Origin: Catajapyx aquilonaris
Taxonomy: Eukaryota
Length of the DNA: 46,379 bases
Reading direction: 5' to 3'
Assembly (NCBI GenBank): GCA_000934665.2
Contig: JYFJ02003108.1
Coordinates: 1-46,379, forward strand
Positions 10,601-24,800 of the stretch are shown piece after piece. The translations under genes were made by a program, and so were the position numbers. The notes under the pieces were generated by a model, which saw only the letters and a list, made by a program, of their open reading frames with translations, made no database searches and was not told the DNA's origin. Every line of letters starts with the position of its first letter. Position 1 is the first letter of the stretch.

Positions 10601-13600
10601 ATAGTACTGTATGCTGTTTTCAGCATTCATAAAATTGTGAAAGGAGAATATTTGTCGGATTTTTGTCATGCGGTACTGTGGTTTCAAGCGGATCCATATA
10701 TTCATAGCACTTAATGCCTAGTCATTAATCTGTTCTATATTTATTTGTAACGTGACAAATTTTTATGGAAAATACAATTTATTTATAGTGCTTGTGGCGG
10801 ATATTGTTGGTTTTACTGTACCCATGATTAGCTTTTAAAATTTATGTCAGTGGATTTAGAAAGACCATATAGAAAGAGCGAAAGCCTTGTAGTTTCAGCT
10901 ATAAAGGTTGAAGATCCGGGTTCATAGCCAGGGTGGTGCTCTAACCAAGTGCACCTTCAAACAGGGGAGGGGGAAGAGAAAATGTTATGTAGCCTATTGT
11001 TTATCCCAGCTCGGAGAGGCAAATTAAGAGAAGCAACAAACACAGGTGAATGCTATGGGATTGATTTCTGATTCCAACTAGTTGTTTCTCTTTAAATATA
11101 TCTACTTTAAACTTTAAATCCACATATGGCACTTCACAGTATAGTATAGCATATCATAGATACAATGTTGTTACCAAAAGTAATGGATATATCGTATATG
11201 TGGTAATCATCTTTTAACGAGTCTATAGATGTGCACAAAAATCCCGTCTCACATTACTACAAGTAATGTGATGGAAAATGCTTCTTCAGATGGTTTGTTA
11301 TTTCTGAAAATACTCGTATAGTGCTATGAAATTGGGTTATGTCTTCCATATAATGCTTGTAAGAGTTGAATGTGAGGTCCGGTGGGTCTAATAAATCTTT
11401 GCTGTAGTAAGTTGTGTGATGTACAGTATATCTATCCCTTTATTTCATAATTTACAGGCCACTTAATAAAGCCAACTTTTGCATGTTGTGGGTAAAGTCG
11501 CTCTCTTGTGCTTGAAGAGACTATTCTAATTGTTTTCATTATTTTGATGGTCTTGGAACATAAGCTGCATATTAATGTAAAATAATTATGTGTATATTTC
11601 TAAGAGGAAAGTGTTTTATGCAGGGCTGTATCCATAGCCCGTGATAAGTACAATGGGCTATATCACTTACTACTGGACAGGAATGTTACTCAAGCTAATG
11701 CTAATTGTAAACCTGCATACAGTGTATTACACTTTGCTCCACGTTAGATTGAGGTCAGTTGTGATGTCATTGTTATTGTCACGTGCTTAGTAATGGCAAT
11801 GTTAGTGACGTATAAGTATGAGCTTTAAAAAAAACGGCTAATGTATCTGAAATATTTCTGCATACCACTCGTAATGTACCCAGGTATAGGCTACCAGAGT
11901 GAGCACCCTCTTGCTTCTGGAGTGCTTCTTCATGTGGAATACATAGGCCTTAATATATAGAAATTATGTTTCTGTCTCATTTGGATAAATATGAATATTT
12001 TTACAGTGCAATCTAACAAAGTGAGGCACAATAAGTACTATACCTCAAACTGGAATGGAATTGTTGCTCTTTCTAAATATTATATCACAATCATATACTG
12101 CGCATATGCAATAATACAGCTAAACACTGTAAACCTTACGTACTTCCTGTGCACTGCACTGTGTATGGCTACCGTTTTGTTATGCACGGTCAAACAGCAT
12201 TGACTGTGAGACAAACTCGCATTAATAAGCAATCCCCAGAATGCACTCTCTGCTGAATTGGAATCTGTAAAGTCTATTTCTTTTTGAAAAAGAGTGTACC
12301 ATCATATAGTGGGTTAGAGCAGAAGTGGATAGGCGTGTGGTTTAATACCAGTGGCCCCCAAAAGCCGCCCCATCCATGATCCAACCGAGTCAAGAACCGT
12401 TACTTAAGTCTTGTGAAGCCCGAATTGGGCGCGGTTAGCCGCCGAGACCGTTGCCAACACCCCTGAGAAGAGTTCATACGTCACTCCAGCCAGCAGTGCA
12501 GCTGACAAAACGGAAAGCCATCTTGGCCGGCACGTGTAGGCGAATAATTAGTGTTTTCTTAGCGGACAAATTGTCCGACTAAGGGCCACAGTAGCAAAGC
12601 CTATTATGGCGTTGCGTGAGGAATGACTCTTTGGCTAGCTGCCGGGACCAATCTGTCAGTCGCAGGGTGCGCCAGGCCTGTTTTATATGGCAGCCAATTC
12701 ACATTCTCCGCGGATACAGCGGGTGGGGGCAGGACCTTTTCGTCAGGGGCTGCCACCAGGTGCGACTGACGGGATCCGCCCCGAAAATAAACACGGGCAT
12801 GGTCACTGCGACACCTAAGTTTGGCTGCAGCTACTGCCGGTGTAGCATCAAATAATAACCTGGCACGGATTCTGCCACTTTCAAATTTAATATCACAGAG
12901 CTTGGTTCCCATACTTCATTTATTTTTCACCTGCCATGAATTTTTTAATTTGGACAAGGTGTTCTCGTCACCATCCATATTTAATCGGGCCGGCCCCCGC
13001 TGAAGTATTTACAGCTGGCCAGCGGCCCATCACTTTTATTGCGCATTAAGGCCAATCTGTAGTATCTCAATAATGGGCTATCTGCTTTGGTTTTTTCGGT
13101 CGGCCCTTTTCTGACTTGACTGATCACACTGCCCAGTTAACGGCTACTACTTGCAGGCCTGGGACACTCGGGCCATTATTCTGCAGCGCAAACAAGTTGG
13201 AGTGGTGATGAAATTGCCCTTTCCCGAACGAGCACGGCACTTGCGGAAGACCAGGAATGAACTCAAACTGCGGCCTATCGAAATGTCACTTCATGACCAC
13301 ATGGGCCCGGCATGTAGAAAAAGAGCATTTACTTGCTTTAATCACCGTTCATCCCTGACTCCTGATCCGCCTTCTGCAATTTTCTGCTACACGGCCATTC
13401 GACACAAAAGAGCTCTGTTATCCAGTCAGATAACACGTAATGTAATTAAACGCGACAACTTTTGCGTACGGTCTGCGACCAAAAAAACAAGGTGTTTTAA
13501 CAAGAGCTGCTTTGTTGCAAAGCCAGTTTTATTTTCCCAGCTGACTAACAGGGGTCTGTGGCCTCACATCCTTGCAGCACGATACCCTTTTAAAACACAA

Positions 13601-16556
13601 AGCTCTCTCTCCACCCCCACCAAAACTCCTATATCCACCCCACCCCAACCTTTTTACTTCGTTGTCGAAATGGATGTTTACAGTCCGGGTAGCAGTTGCT
13701 CGTACCCAAATTCATTCCCTGTCGTCTTACAAGCTTTTGATGCTTCCAACTTCTGTCCTACGAATTTGCGATGGGTTGCAGAAACGCGGAAAAAAAGAAG
13801 CAGGGATGAAAAAAAAGAGGAAGACGCGGCTTGAGAAATTGCACAGACAAAAAGGTCGAGACTGGAGAGACATGGTCACCGTTGCGCTTCTCTGTAAAAG
13901 AGGAGGTCGTCTGAACCCCTGTCCAGATGTGTCCATTATGGTCAGTTTATGGGGAGTACTGAAACCATCCGGAATGGTGCTTAGAGCAGGGGAAACGGCA
14001 GCTTGAGATTTCGCCTTTTCTGTGCTAACGTCATTCAGTGTCGTGTTTATTGGCCCATTATTTACTCGGCAGGGACCATCCGAGCGTTTCGGACACCCCC
14101 ATACCCCTACCAAAATGACTTGATTTAGGTCCAGGCCAGAGGGGAAAGGTGGCATGCCACTTAGTTATTCGACCATCACGGCCATATTTTAATGCTTGTA
14201 ACGTGCGCCATAAAAGCACCAGAGTCGCGCTATTGATTTCTGTGATTGCTGCTCCAAATGGAAATTTCTAGGGCCAGGTTATAACCCCCCCTCCCCCTCC
14301 CTCCCTCCCTCCACACCCCAAGCCTTGTGTTATGCGAAACAATTTTGCACTGCGGTGTAGGTTACTACCACACGGGGCGTTAAATACGGTCAATGTCACA
14401 GAGTGCGGCACATATTCTCAAGTTTTCACCCTGTAAACCCAGTCATAACGAGCCTCATCATTTTTACTCGTTTTGTCATTCATTATATCCTGAACTGTTA
14501 TATAACCCAAGCGGTTCTTTTGCTCAGCAGAGTGCCTAACTGGCAGGAAAGGTAAAAGCAGCCAATCCGCTTTTTGGCAACCGTAAATAAAATGTGGAAT
14601 GACCATTCCTTTGGAGCTTGCACTAACCTTGATCTCAGAGGATTTCCTGTTAGCAGCAATATCTGGCGGACTAACGACGTGGTGCAGATGCTAACTCTTT
14701 GGTGCCTACCCCAATGGAAAAGCTATTTTCAGAGTGGATAAAAACCCTCCGAGTCCGGGCGGACAAAGAAAATATAAATCCGTGGGAACGAAGGCGCTTT
14801 TCCTCGCAAACTCCGAAATGGACACTGCTAATGTTGAATGGTTGTCATTTATCTCCGGCTGGCTGCTCTTTTTCATGTAATATCTGCCGACAAAAAGAAA
14901 AGAGCGGCGGCCAAGATCGTCCTTGCCGTCTTTCCTCCTTTCGCGACATGATGAGAGTGGCCGAGAATCACCCTCCAAAATTGGACTGTCGAAATTGGAG
15001 TAATCTGTGGGGTTGGCGACCAGGGTGCCGAGTGGTAGGGGTGCAGAAAGATAAAAAAAAGAGTCTAAGTGGGGGTTTGAAGAGATGTCTCCGAGGGTAT
15101 CATTTTTTGTAATTTTTCGAGTAATACTGGGAGGCAGGAAAAACTGTGCTATATTGCTTAGTACTAACCAAATAAAAAACGGTTCAGTTCAGTTGTCAAA
15201 AGGTCTTGATATAATTCTACGCAGAGCTGATATGAATAATCCAGACAAAGAAGCTTTAACTTTCGTGTACCAGTGAAGCGACAAAATTTTATAGTAGTGA
15301 AGGCATGGGACAAATCTGTATACTTTATTTATCATTTCTTAAGAAATGAGTGGTAAAAAGTTACTGGGGTGGAACTAAGCGAATTTTGATTGCCACAAAG
15401 AACCCGTATAATCATTATCCCGAATTCTCTGACCAGAAAACTAGTTTAGCGAACAGCAATTTGGCACCAAATGTGACCAGGGCTAGGAAGAGCAATGGTT
15501 ACATTGACCTCGGTCACTGCCAGAGAAGGATTATGGGATGACGTCACCGATTCAGAATGGGGCAGAGGAGCAAAAGCCGAAGTCGAACCAGTTTCAAATG
15601 TGATAAATACTCTTCTCTATATTCGATAAATTTTTGTAGCAAAATTTATTGCCAGAATAGTAAAATAACGTTGGCAAAATAGGTAAAGATACTCAACATT
15701 GCGAAATACTGTATTAAGATTCCACTTATACCACTTGTTTCACGTGCTTACACTTTCCAGAAAATGAAGTAAAGCAATCGTGCAGAATTAGGATATGTGC
15801 CAAGATCATCCAGCAGTAAACTTTCGACGAAATGCGACAATTACACAACCATGAAAATCACTGCTACGTTAGATATTTTCTGCATCGTCTCCTGCTATCA
15901 CGTCTTTCGAACCAGTTCTTATCATGGTAAAGTGAAATTCCCGCGAGTTGGCTTGCATTGGTTTCTGCAAAATTGATCTGGATCAGTAATGCAATTTTGA
16001 ACAGCATTGAAGTTTTAAGCTGCTATTACATGGCGATTTACAAACGTGCTCTGAATAAAACTTGTTGTAATCAATACTGAATATGTTCTGTAGCGCAGTA
16101 TCATTTTATTTACAGTGCTATTGCCCAAATAGTCACCCTCTAACCCCGGTTGCACACCTTGTAAAACTGTCACAGTTACACCATGTAATAACTTCATGAC
16201 TTTAATATGTTTTGTGGGAATTAAGTCATACACAGAATGGATGTAGTTAAAGTTCTCCCTTTAGTCATACGTATCATCTCCACCAAGTTCTACCCTGCAC
16301 GCAAAGTAAACAAAACACTCTAATAAGGGTCATTAGACATCTCAACAGTTATTATCCCAGTTCTAACTGGCTTCCAAATGACATCATAACAAATAAACAA
16401 TTACAACGGCATTCGGACACCGCTTTTAGCTGGGGTAATAACAGTTTCAGCTTCCATAGTCCTATGCTTTTCACATACTATATTCCGATAAAAAAGTGTT
16501 GTTTTCCAAGATAATGGCTAGAAAAAATGCATCATAAGGTGTCCGGCAGAGATAAG

Positions 16557-16736
16557 TCGAGACTGGAGCCATTTATGCTTGGAAGCAACGTCTTGAGCTG
16601 AGCATGGACCTCCGAGATGCTTGGCTGCTTCCTTCCAAGCCACTGCCACGATTGATTTACGACCTTCGATTATTGCTCGCGTAGATTTTTCTTCATTTGC
16701 TTTCCACACCCCGCCGATAATTCGCTTAGACGCTTC
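16557..16736 (-). pseudogene. Possible decayed Myb/SANT-like (trihelix/MADF-type) domain, perhaps of transposon origin
   Basis: Minus frame EASKRIIGGVWKANEEK...AVAWKEAAKHLGGPCSAQDVASKHKWLQSR resembles the W-x-x-IA-x-x-LG...Q-x-x-x-KWK-x-L pattern; in-frame stop just upstream. Resemblance by eye only. Confidence 0.3.
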
Positions 16737-18329
16737 TTAGCCCTGTAAATTGGAGCGCGTGAAGTGTCCAGATACCGGAAAGCATAAGGAGCACCTGGTC
16801 GAAACCTTATACCCTCGTCGCGTCGCTGGCGGAGATTCACCTTGATTTATATCAATGGCAACACTGCCAATATGCCTGACGCAGAGTTGCATGATTTCAT
16901 AACGATCTACGAGATGAAGCCAACGCAAATTTTATTGCCTTGTATTGTAACGGGCATGTGATATTTACTCGTAAAACTGCGTTTGCATAAAGAAGGTACT
17001 TGTGTGGAACGCGGACAGTTTTACGACGGGCAAACATGTTAGTCATAAACCGTCGAACTGTGTGTTTTTGCTAATTAAACATTTATAGGCTCATCACCCG
17101 TGTGAACTGGTTTAATAATTTTAATATGGCGATGCCAGCGTCATTCTTAATTATTCGCCGTGACAGGGGCCCAGTTTTCAGGTTTTCCGAGTAATTGCCT
17201 ATTTTTGGACACAAGTTAATCAACCCCATCCACAATGGCATCGTATCACATCGCCAATAACCTATTGTTTTAAATATTTTGTTTACACAATTTGTGATGC
17301 AACAGTCACCTACCTCTTAATCTGGTTTGCTGTCAATATGTTTGGGAAGCGACATTTTCGCACATGAAAGCTAAGTAGATTAGTCCGCAATTCTGTTTGG
17401 GGCCAAATGGGATTATTAATTCACCTGGGAAATGGGCCAATACATCGAGCAATAAAGCGAGTTTGTTTGGGTCCATCAATGACGTCGACATTGCGCAAAG
17501 TGCAAAATGAACGAGCATGTTTCATGCATTCTGCAGGATGTAAATAATCTTCCTAGATCTCGCAAAAATTTGTCATTGGTTTCTCGTACCGCGATGTCGA
17601 AAAGAAAAAGTTTGAAGAATGACAAATTGGAAACGAGAAATGGAACAAAGGGAGATTCGGATTAGTTTTTTTTCCTTCTTCTTTCTCTCTTCTCTACTAC
17701 GACTTTTTTTTTTCTTCCAGAGAGGAGGTGGGTTAGGAGACGTCAGAGGCTTCTTTTGAGTGGTGTCTTCAAACCGGGAGAAACATGTGGCAGGAAGGAA
17801 TCGAAGGAAACGCCGGCAAGTTCGGGACATCAGTGCACCGGATTCCGGCTCTTATTCAACCCGAAGTCTCCTCTCTTCGTCTAAGCCAATGGCACGTACC
17901 AAAGCCCCAGTCTTTCAGCAAGCCAACACAAGGAGAGAGGAAAGTTGGGAAAGTTCAGGTGATTGCCGCCAAAGAAAGCTTTTATTTCCTCCTCCTTAGG
18001 CAAAGTAAGGGGACGGAAAAGAAAACTTGGTGCTCATGCCGAGCCAGGTCACCGTACTGCTATGCTCTATTCTTTGCCTCCCTTATATATGCATGTTTTA
18101 ACACGTCTTTTGTTCAGATATGTTAGCCTGACTTTCAATCAACTTCTGTTGGATTTAAATAATCATGATTTCACTTATGGTTAACATTATTCACTTTTAT
18201 TCCACAAATACTCGTAGAAAAAATTTCAGCTGGAGACTTACTAATATTATTGTTGGTTGATTAGTGTATATGCCTATGCACACTTCTGTCACTAATGATG
18301 ATTGCTGATGACTGAGAAATACTGCAGAA

Positions 18330-18800
18330 ACCGTAGCAGAATTAATATGTTTACCAATTATAAGGCACATACCAAGCCTGCATGTCATAGAGTTAATGAT
18401 ACTAGGGTTAAACATTGGCCAAGATTGGTAGGCAACGCAACCGGAATGGCAAATATAATAATAAAAGCTTTCATGAATGTACCACGCAATATACAGTATT
18501 TGACTGGGCGCAATTTGTTTGTTAGTCACGCCGCCATGGCATAAAAGTAGTGGAACCACACTCATTGCACATGTTCGATTTGTATGAATAGGTTACAAAC
18601 TGCCTGCCATCGAATAAAATACAGTGGCAGCACCATTATGAGTTCACCAGTGTGTATACCAGAAATTTGAGAGGACGAGAGAGAGTATCCAATCACGAGA
18701 ATGTTATTTGATTTGGCATCAATATTTTTGATTTGAGATATTACCGTTTGTACTTTATAGACTGTTATCCGTGAGGTGACAACATCGTTTCTCTTCACAT
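18330..18800 (-). mobile_element. Possible highly decayed RNase H-bearing LINE (I-group) ORF2 fragment
   Basis: Minus-strand pieces in different frames: NNILVIGYSLSSSQ (like RNase H I.SDSLSSLQ), TNKLRPVK (like NKL..IK), RLR and a C/H-containing segment, in the expected order. Weak. Confidence 0.25.
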
Positions 18801-21800
18801 GAATTGAAAATTTAATTACATACATGTAGAGGCTATAACCATTCCTACCACACAATGTTTACACTGCGAAGTTCGAAATACTGTACACTTGTACAATGTA
18901 CAGGGACAGTTTATGAAATGGCTCATGAAATAACTTTATTAAAGGTTTTGTTCAACTTTTATCACATTTTGAAGCAAATCCCGCAGGGAAAATTGTGCAA
19001 ATTCCTGGTCATGGCACAATCACTCACTAGACGGATAGATAGCATACTGTACGTCAAATAAAAAAAATTATTTTCGCTCCAGAAATAACCGAGTGTTCCG
19101 TGCATGTCTAAAAACCCGCAGAAAAGTGGTTTCCACAAATTTAGTCACAAGAAAATGAAGTCACCATATTAAAAATTCCAGCGGCTTGTCATAATACCCT
19201 ATCAGGCCGAGGTATCAAAATATTGCTTCCGTGTACAATATTAGCTCAATCCCCATCATTTGAATTCCCGCTGATTAAATTCCAATCGGCTTGATTCTCC
19301 TACGACGAAAGTATATTATCCCACTGGCAGACCCCCTCCTACTTTCCCCCAGACCAAAATCCTCCATCTGAACTAACCACAATATGGGATGAAGGAGTAA
19401 TCCGAGCCCTTCCCCACACTGCCTTCCCACCTCCCTCTCCCTACCCCACCTCTCCCCCAAAATCTCTTTCCCTGGGGACCCAATTTTCCTGGTCGACGGG
19501 TGGGGATCTTGGTTCTCTACCCCCATCGCAAGTCAGATTTTCCTTCGATTTGCAGTTTGGATTTGCCGAGATGGGAATGGCGGGTATGGTAAGGGGGGGA
19601 GGGAGGGTTAGGATTACCGTAGTTGCGTCACTCACCCCACGAAAAAAGGTGAAGAACTGGCGGCGCAGTAAAATCGGGGGGCCGTTTGTACTGCGAAGAT
19701 AAGTAGGTTTTCTAGCCCCCTCTTCGTCTCACCCACCCCCACCATTCCCCAGGTTCCCAGACTTCATTAAATGAGGTCCTGGGTACACAACTGATGACGC
19801 TTATCGCAGCGCCGGCGGTTTGATGTGGTGACTTCCAATGCGCAAGAGCAGCCCCTCTTCTGAAATTCAATGCCTGCAATCGCCTTAGTAGCACTTGTGG
19901 GGGTCGCTGCTGCTGCCAGCAGGACCAGAAGCCTCCAAGAAAAGAGTGGGAGAGAGAGAGAGAAGAAAGTGTCTAGAGGGAGGAAAAAATCGCTCTCAAC
20001 CGTCCTCCAAAAGAATGTTAAAAGAGCTGTTTCTCACGTCTGTTGGCATCTTGGTCCCGAAGAGAAAAAATGAGGTGTTGGGGAAGGAAGGTCCACGTGC
20101 CGAGCGACCGTCTCTCCTTAAGTGCCTCCTTTCAGAAAAATCGCCGCAAAATATTGTTTATGGGGCTAATTTTTATTCCCTGGGCGGTTCCCTTTCCGCG
20201 GGGAGATTTTAAGAGTCCGGGGAGGTATTTCTTTTCTGTAAGGACCAAATGCATCACGCACGTGCTGTGCCATGCCTCATTGCCAGTGACACGATGGGAG
20301 GGGAAAAAATGCTGTGCTGTACGGAACTTGTCAAGAGTGGCAACTAAAAATGCCTAGGGTATGAAGTATGACTAGTTAAATGGTCGTGCCAATTTTTGTG
20401 ACTGCCACTATTTAGCTAAACGATCTGAGCAAACATTGGCTAATTATATCTGGAAAGCCAGTGAGTATTCGTCGAAATTTTAACGTGCTCCGATTTAATA
20501 TGATTTTTTTTAGTAATCTGTACTTTGAAGTCGTTCGGTGGTCCCCTGAGTAATATGCATAACCTGACTATTCAAAAATTTGGGGAGAAAAATTCTTTTT
20601 TGAAATTCCGGCAATAACTCTCCCGTTTTAATTTTATGAGCAATTTTCTGGTCATTTGCGTTTCTAGTTAATGAGATTCATGGGGCTGCGACATGACGCG
20701 AGACTGATGTTGCCACACACAGATGGAAAGGTCCGTATATGGACATCTCCGGTACTAATCACCAGTAAATCTGGAGATATCAATCAGCCATTACTAACAT
20801 TTGGCTATCTATGACTGATTTTTTACAACAAAATATTCATGTATGGTGCGAATTGGCTATCGGCTACATCCTTCCCTAAACGTGATCAGAAATACCGTAA
20901 CATGGACCGTTATTTGCACAGTCGGCCCAAAGAAAAGCAGCGTCGCTTCCCAAGAATAAATCAGGAGGAGTCGTAAATGTTGTACGAGTGTTAGGTGGTA
21001 TCCCCCTATCACGTAGGAGGAATTATAGATTCGAGCGGACCTGCTGTGTACGGATGTCTAGGGGAATCCAATATTTTAATGCCGGCGAAGGGAGTTAGCG
21101 TGCTGTAAATTAATGCGCTTTTGACGAAGGTCTGATTATACGTGTAGGCTACGGGGTAACGGCTGTGATCACCAAATCCGACTGTGGCATTAAATTTAAT
21201 GGGGAGGAAAGGGTTTTTCGGTTGATGTGGTAAAGTCTCATTAGTGTCAGCATCGCGCTCTGTGTGCCTGTGTAATCGTAAAAATTAATAGGCCGCGCCG
21301 GAATCTGCGGCCTATATCGCGACTCTTTCCCTCCTTGGCTCATAATTCAAACATGGGAGGGAAGAGAGCTCAGGTGAGGCTTTTTCATTTATGCGCTCAT
21401 TTTGTTCGGCTGGAACATTCGGGTTGGCTACTGTGCGGGTAAAGGTAAATCTTTTATGCGGCTATCTTGGGAGATTCTTTCATATTACAAAACGGCTGCT
21501 GGATTTCGATGTTCTTTTTATGTGGTATCAGTAAAATGACATGGCTATTTTGAAAATCGCCGATTTTAGTTTTAGCCAAATTAGCTGGTAAGAAACATGG
21601 GATTTGAGCTAGCTTTGCCTGGGAGAGAAAATAGATTTGAAATTGAATGTGGTGTGTACCTAAATCGATAGATGCCGGCGTTCCGTTCAGGAATTTAGCG
21701 GTCTGTTTACCAATCCTGGTATGAGGCTAGAATTTTTTTTTCAAAAATGGACGTGGAGCAGGTGAGAGGGAAGGTATCTGAAGAGCAGTAATTCGATGAG

Positions 21801-24800
21801 GCTAAAAACGGGGGCACCATTATTTTTGCTCACATTTTTTAAAGGAGACGTACTTCCCCCTCGAAGTGATTTTACAAAGACGTTGTTAGCGGATCACCTA
21901 GATTTTTTGTAAGCGTCAACGGTAAACATTATAGCATACACTTACAGGGTGTTTGAAAAATATGATACACGTGTGAAGCCGCAGATGTAAAACATACCAT
22001 TCCGAATCGAAAAGTCACATGCCATTTTGTATGGGCAAAAAGTTCTAAATGGCGATTTTGGTAAGCAGTGATTTCTCCGAATTCGATGTCTAGTAAAGGC
22101 TGATAAAAGCCCCACAGGCATATGATCACGTATCAGCTTGCCTATTCGTGCGAACGATGCAGATCAGAATATTCAAGGCCACTCATTTAGTAGGAAGTAA
22201 AAGACGTAAAAATGGACTATCATTGATGCCAATTGTTCCAATCCATTTAGCAACCGGAAATTCATTGCAATCCAGAGCTTGGAGAGACGATTCAATTCGG
22301 GCTAATATTGGCAGCTCTCGGCCTACTTTTTAAACCACTAAAAGTAACTGGAAGGGACTGCTCAATAATGAGCAACTTAGTGCAACAAATATTGCAACAA
22401 CAATCGAAAGAAGTGTATTACATCGCTCTGCATAAAGCAAGATTCATACTACACGGGGAGTTCCTGTGAAGGTGAGCCTTCCTCTCCGACCCATGTTCCT
22501 TGCGGTATTTTAATACGTAAATAGTAGAGTTTATTTTGGCCAGTTAGGATTCATTAGAAAAATAATCGCATGTTACTTTAGTGGAAGGACTTTCGTAATG
22601 GGAGACCGAATGTGCTAGCGGTAGGGGCACGCTGACACAACCTACCACATGACTTAACCTTCCTTCCCGGCGGATACATGCCTATCCTTCAGCAGATACA
22701 CGCCTAGGAGAGTAGGTAAAAGTGCGGGGTCTCCCGTTACGAAAGCGCAGCCGTTTTAGTTATGCTATCCGACAAATATTATTTTGCGTGTCAGGCAACC
22801 CAGGTAGCACGGCAGGATGGGAATGGAAGCAGGGTGATCATTATTATAGTCTACTACACCATCCGATCCGGAGATAGCATTCGGAACCTCAGAGGTGGAA
22901 AAGGCTGTGGCGCTAACAACTGCACCACCGTCCAGCTTTACAAATTCGCCTTATTATATTGCAAGGAAGACCAGTCCGAGAGGAAGCGTGTACCATTCCA
23001 ACCACCTGTATACTTATGGTCGTTCATATAGGTCTACAACGGACATTGAAGAAATATGGGCCCCACCATGTCATTATCAGTTCCTTCATCTCCAACAATA
23101 TCAAATTGTTGCATACCATGCAATAATTGCCGAGAATTTAAATTTGGGATTAATTTTCCTATTCTTAAATTTTTAAACAGTCTGCCTGAAAACATGGGAC
23201 TTAAGTGTCGCAAATAATCACACATGTGTATCCTTGACGAACATAAACTTGATGCTTCTAGAGTAACAAGCAGTCGTAGGTTCTGATAGCAGAAACTGTA
23301 ATTAATTCTGATTGAAGAGAATCTCCGTCTCTGGCTGTGTAGTAGCAGAAATTAATTAAACAGTCTGAACTGCTTTACAATAACAAGACGTTAGATGAAC
23401 CCTCAAATTTTTAAGCTTCCTAATTAAAATGTCCTGTCTCATTATAATAAAAAAACCGGGTTAAACTTAGATTCCTTAATTGGCACCAAAAATTGGAAAA
23501 ATTGATAAAGTTTCGTCGCTTTTGGGTATCCTAGGATATACAACGCAAGTGTGAATTGTGATTTTTTTTAATGACACGGGGTATCTGGACTATCGTCCTT
23601 TGGCGTGCAACGGGTTGTAAATTTCTAAGCCTGGCATCCGATTCCTGAACTCCTCCAGCATTACTCCCACTGGATCGATGCCAAATAATATTGAAATGAA
23701 TGCTCGTTATATCAAAATATTTTGACTGACTGAGTCATTTTAACGATGGCGATGGTTGTAAGTGGGGCTTCAACTTTTCCTGCAGAGTGCTATAAAATAT
23801 TCGAGCTTCAAGCCATGTATTTATGAGCCTGTATCGTTGAATCGTTAGCCGGATGCAGTGTCAAGGGCAGCTTACAAGTGCAGGCTTATTTACTTTCAAC
23901 TCGGGCAGGTTGGTATGGCCTAAGCAAGGCAAGTGCTGAAAAGTACTGAATTCCGAGCCATATGCATTGCAGAAAGTGAGTCTGGCGCAAGAAAAAGAGA
24001 AGGCCCAGGGCCTTAAAACTCGGTCTTTCACAGTTAATTTCGTTACTAGATCGCATAGAATGGCCGAATGACGGTTTAGAAAGCCGGCACAAGGGAGGTT
24101 TTGAAATTAAAGTACGCTAATTAAAGGAAGGGGAGGTCGCCATTAAAAGAGCAAAAGTTGGCAAGTGTTCTATTATGAGAAAATTACTTGCGAGAGAACA
24201 CAGCGAATAGTGCGAATAATTCAAGGCGAGCACTTTCGCCACCACCCCCTTCGCTATTGAAGGCCCACGAGAGTAGATCTTCAGCCTAAAGTCTAAATAA
24301 TGCGGCAATAAACATCAAAGAATCCCTCCAGGCGGTTTACGAGTCACAACCGTCTCTATAAAAGTGAGATTCCGAACGATTTGAAATTAATTTCGACGAA
24401 ACATGGGAGGGGACGCCGGGCATAAAACATGGCGGCCAGTACCGCCCGTGACCCGAATCTGCCCGCGTCACTGTTGACATCATCGCCCGACCGTTGTTAC
24501 ATTCCCGCCAAAATGAAATTTCAAAGAAGACGTGGTCATTTCAGGGCTTATTTCATCCGTGTCACATTGGGCTGAATTTCATGGAACCTAATGGATAGGA
24601 CCGGTCGTCTCTTTTAGCGCGACAGTCGACCAGCTGATTAGATCTGGAGATTATGCAGTACACGGCTCAAACAGGTGATCGTTGTGCACAGTTGGTTTTA
24701 CGTCCATGCACTTGTAGCTTGCCCTAAATGGAACGGATTATCACTGTTGCAGATCGCATCACGCTTCATTTGTATGCTTACACCGGATCCGGGATAGACA

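Noticed and set aside
12556..12582. Hairpin CTTAGCGGACAA-A-TTGTCCGACTAAG
   Set aside because: Short stem with almost no loop; not pre-miRNA-like and no other support.
13151..14155. Longest non-TE ORFs (227, 144 and 142 aa, overlapping)
   Set aside because: No recognisable domain, mostly non-ATG starts and overlapping frames; consistent with chance ORFs.
17889..17912. ATGGCACGTACCAAA (MARTK), like the histone H3 start
   Set aside because: Similarity stops after 5 codons and there is no histone fold.
6265..20038. Scattered Su(H)-type YGTGRGAA sites and CACGTG boxes
   Set aside because: The count is about what chance gives in a window of this size, and there is no paired-site arrangement.
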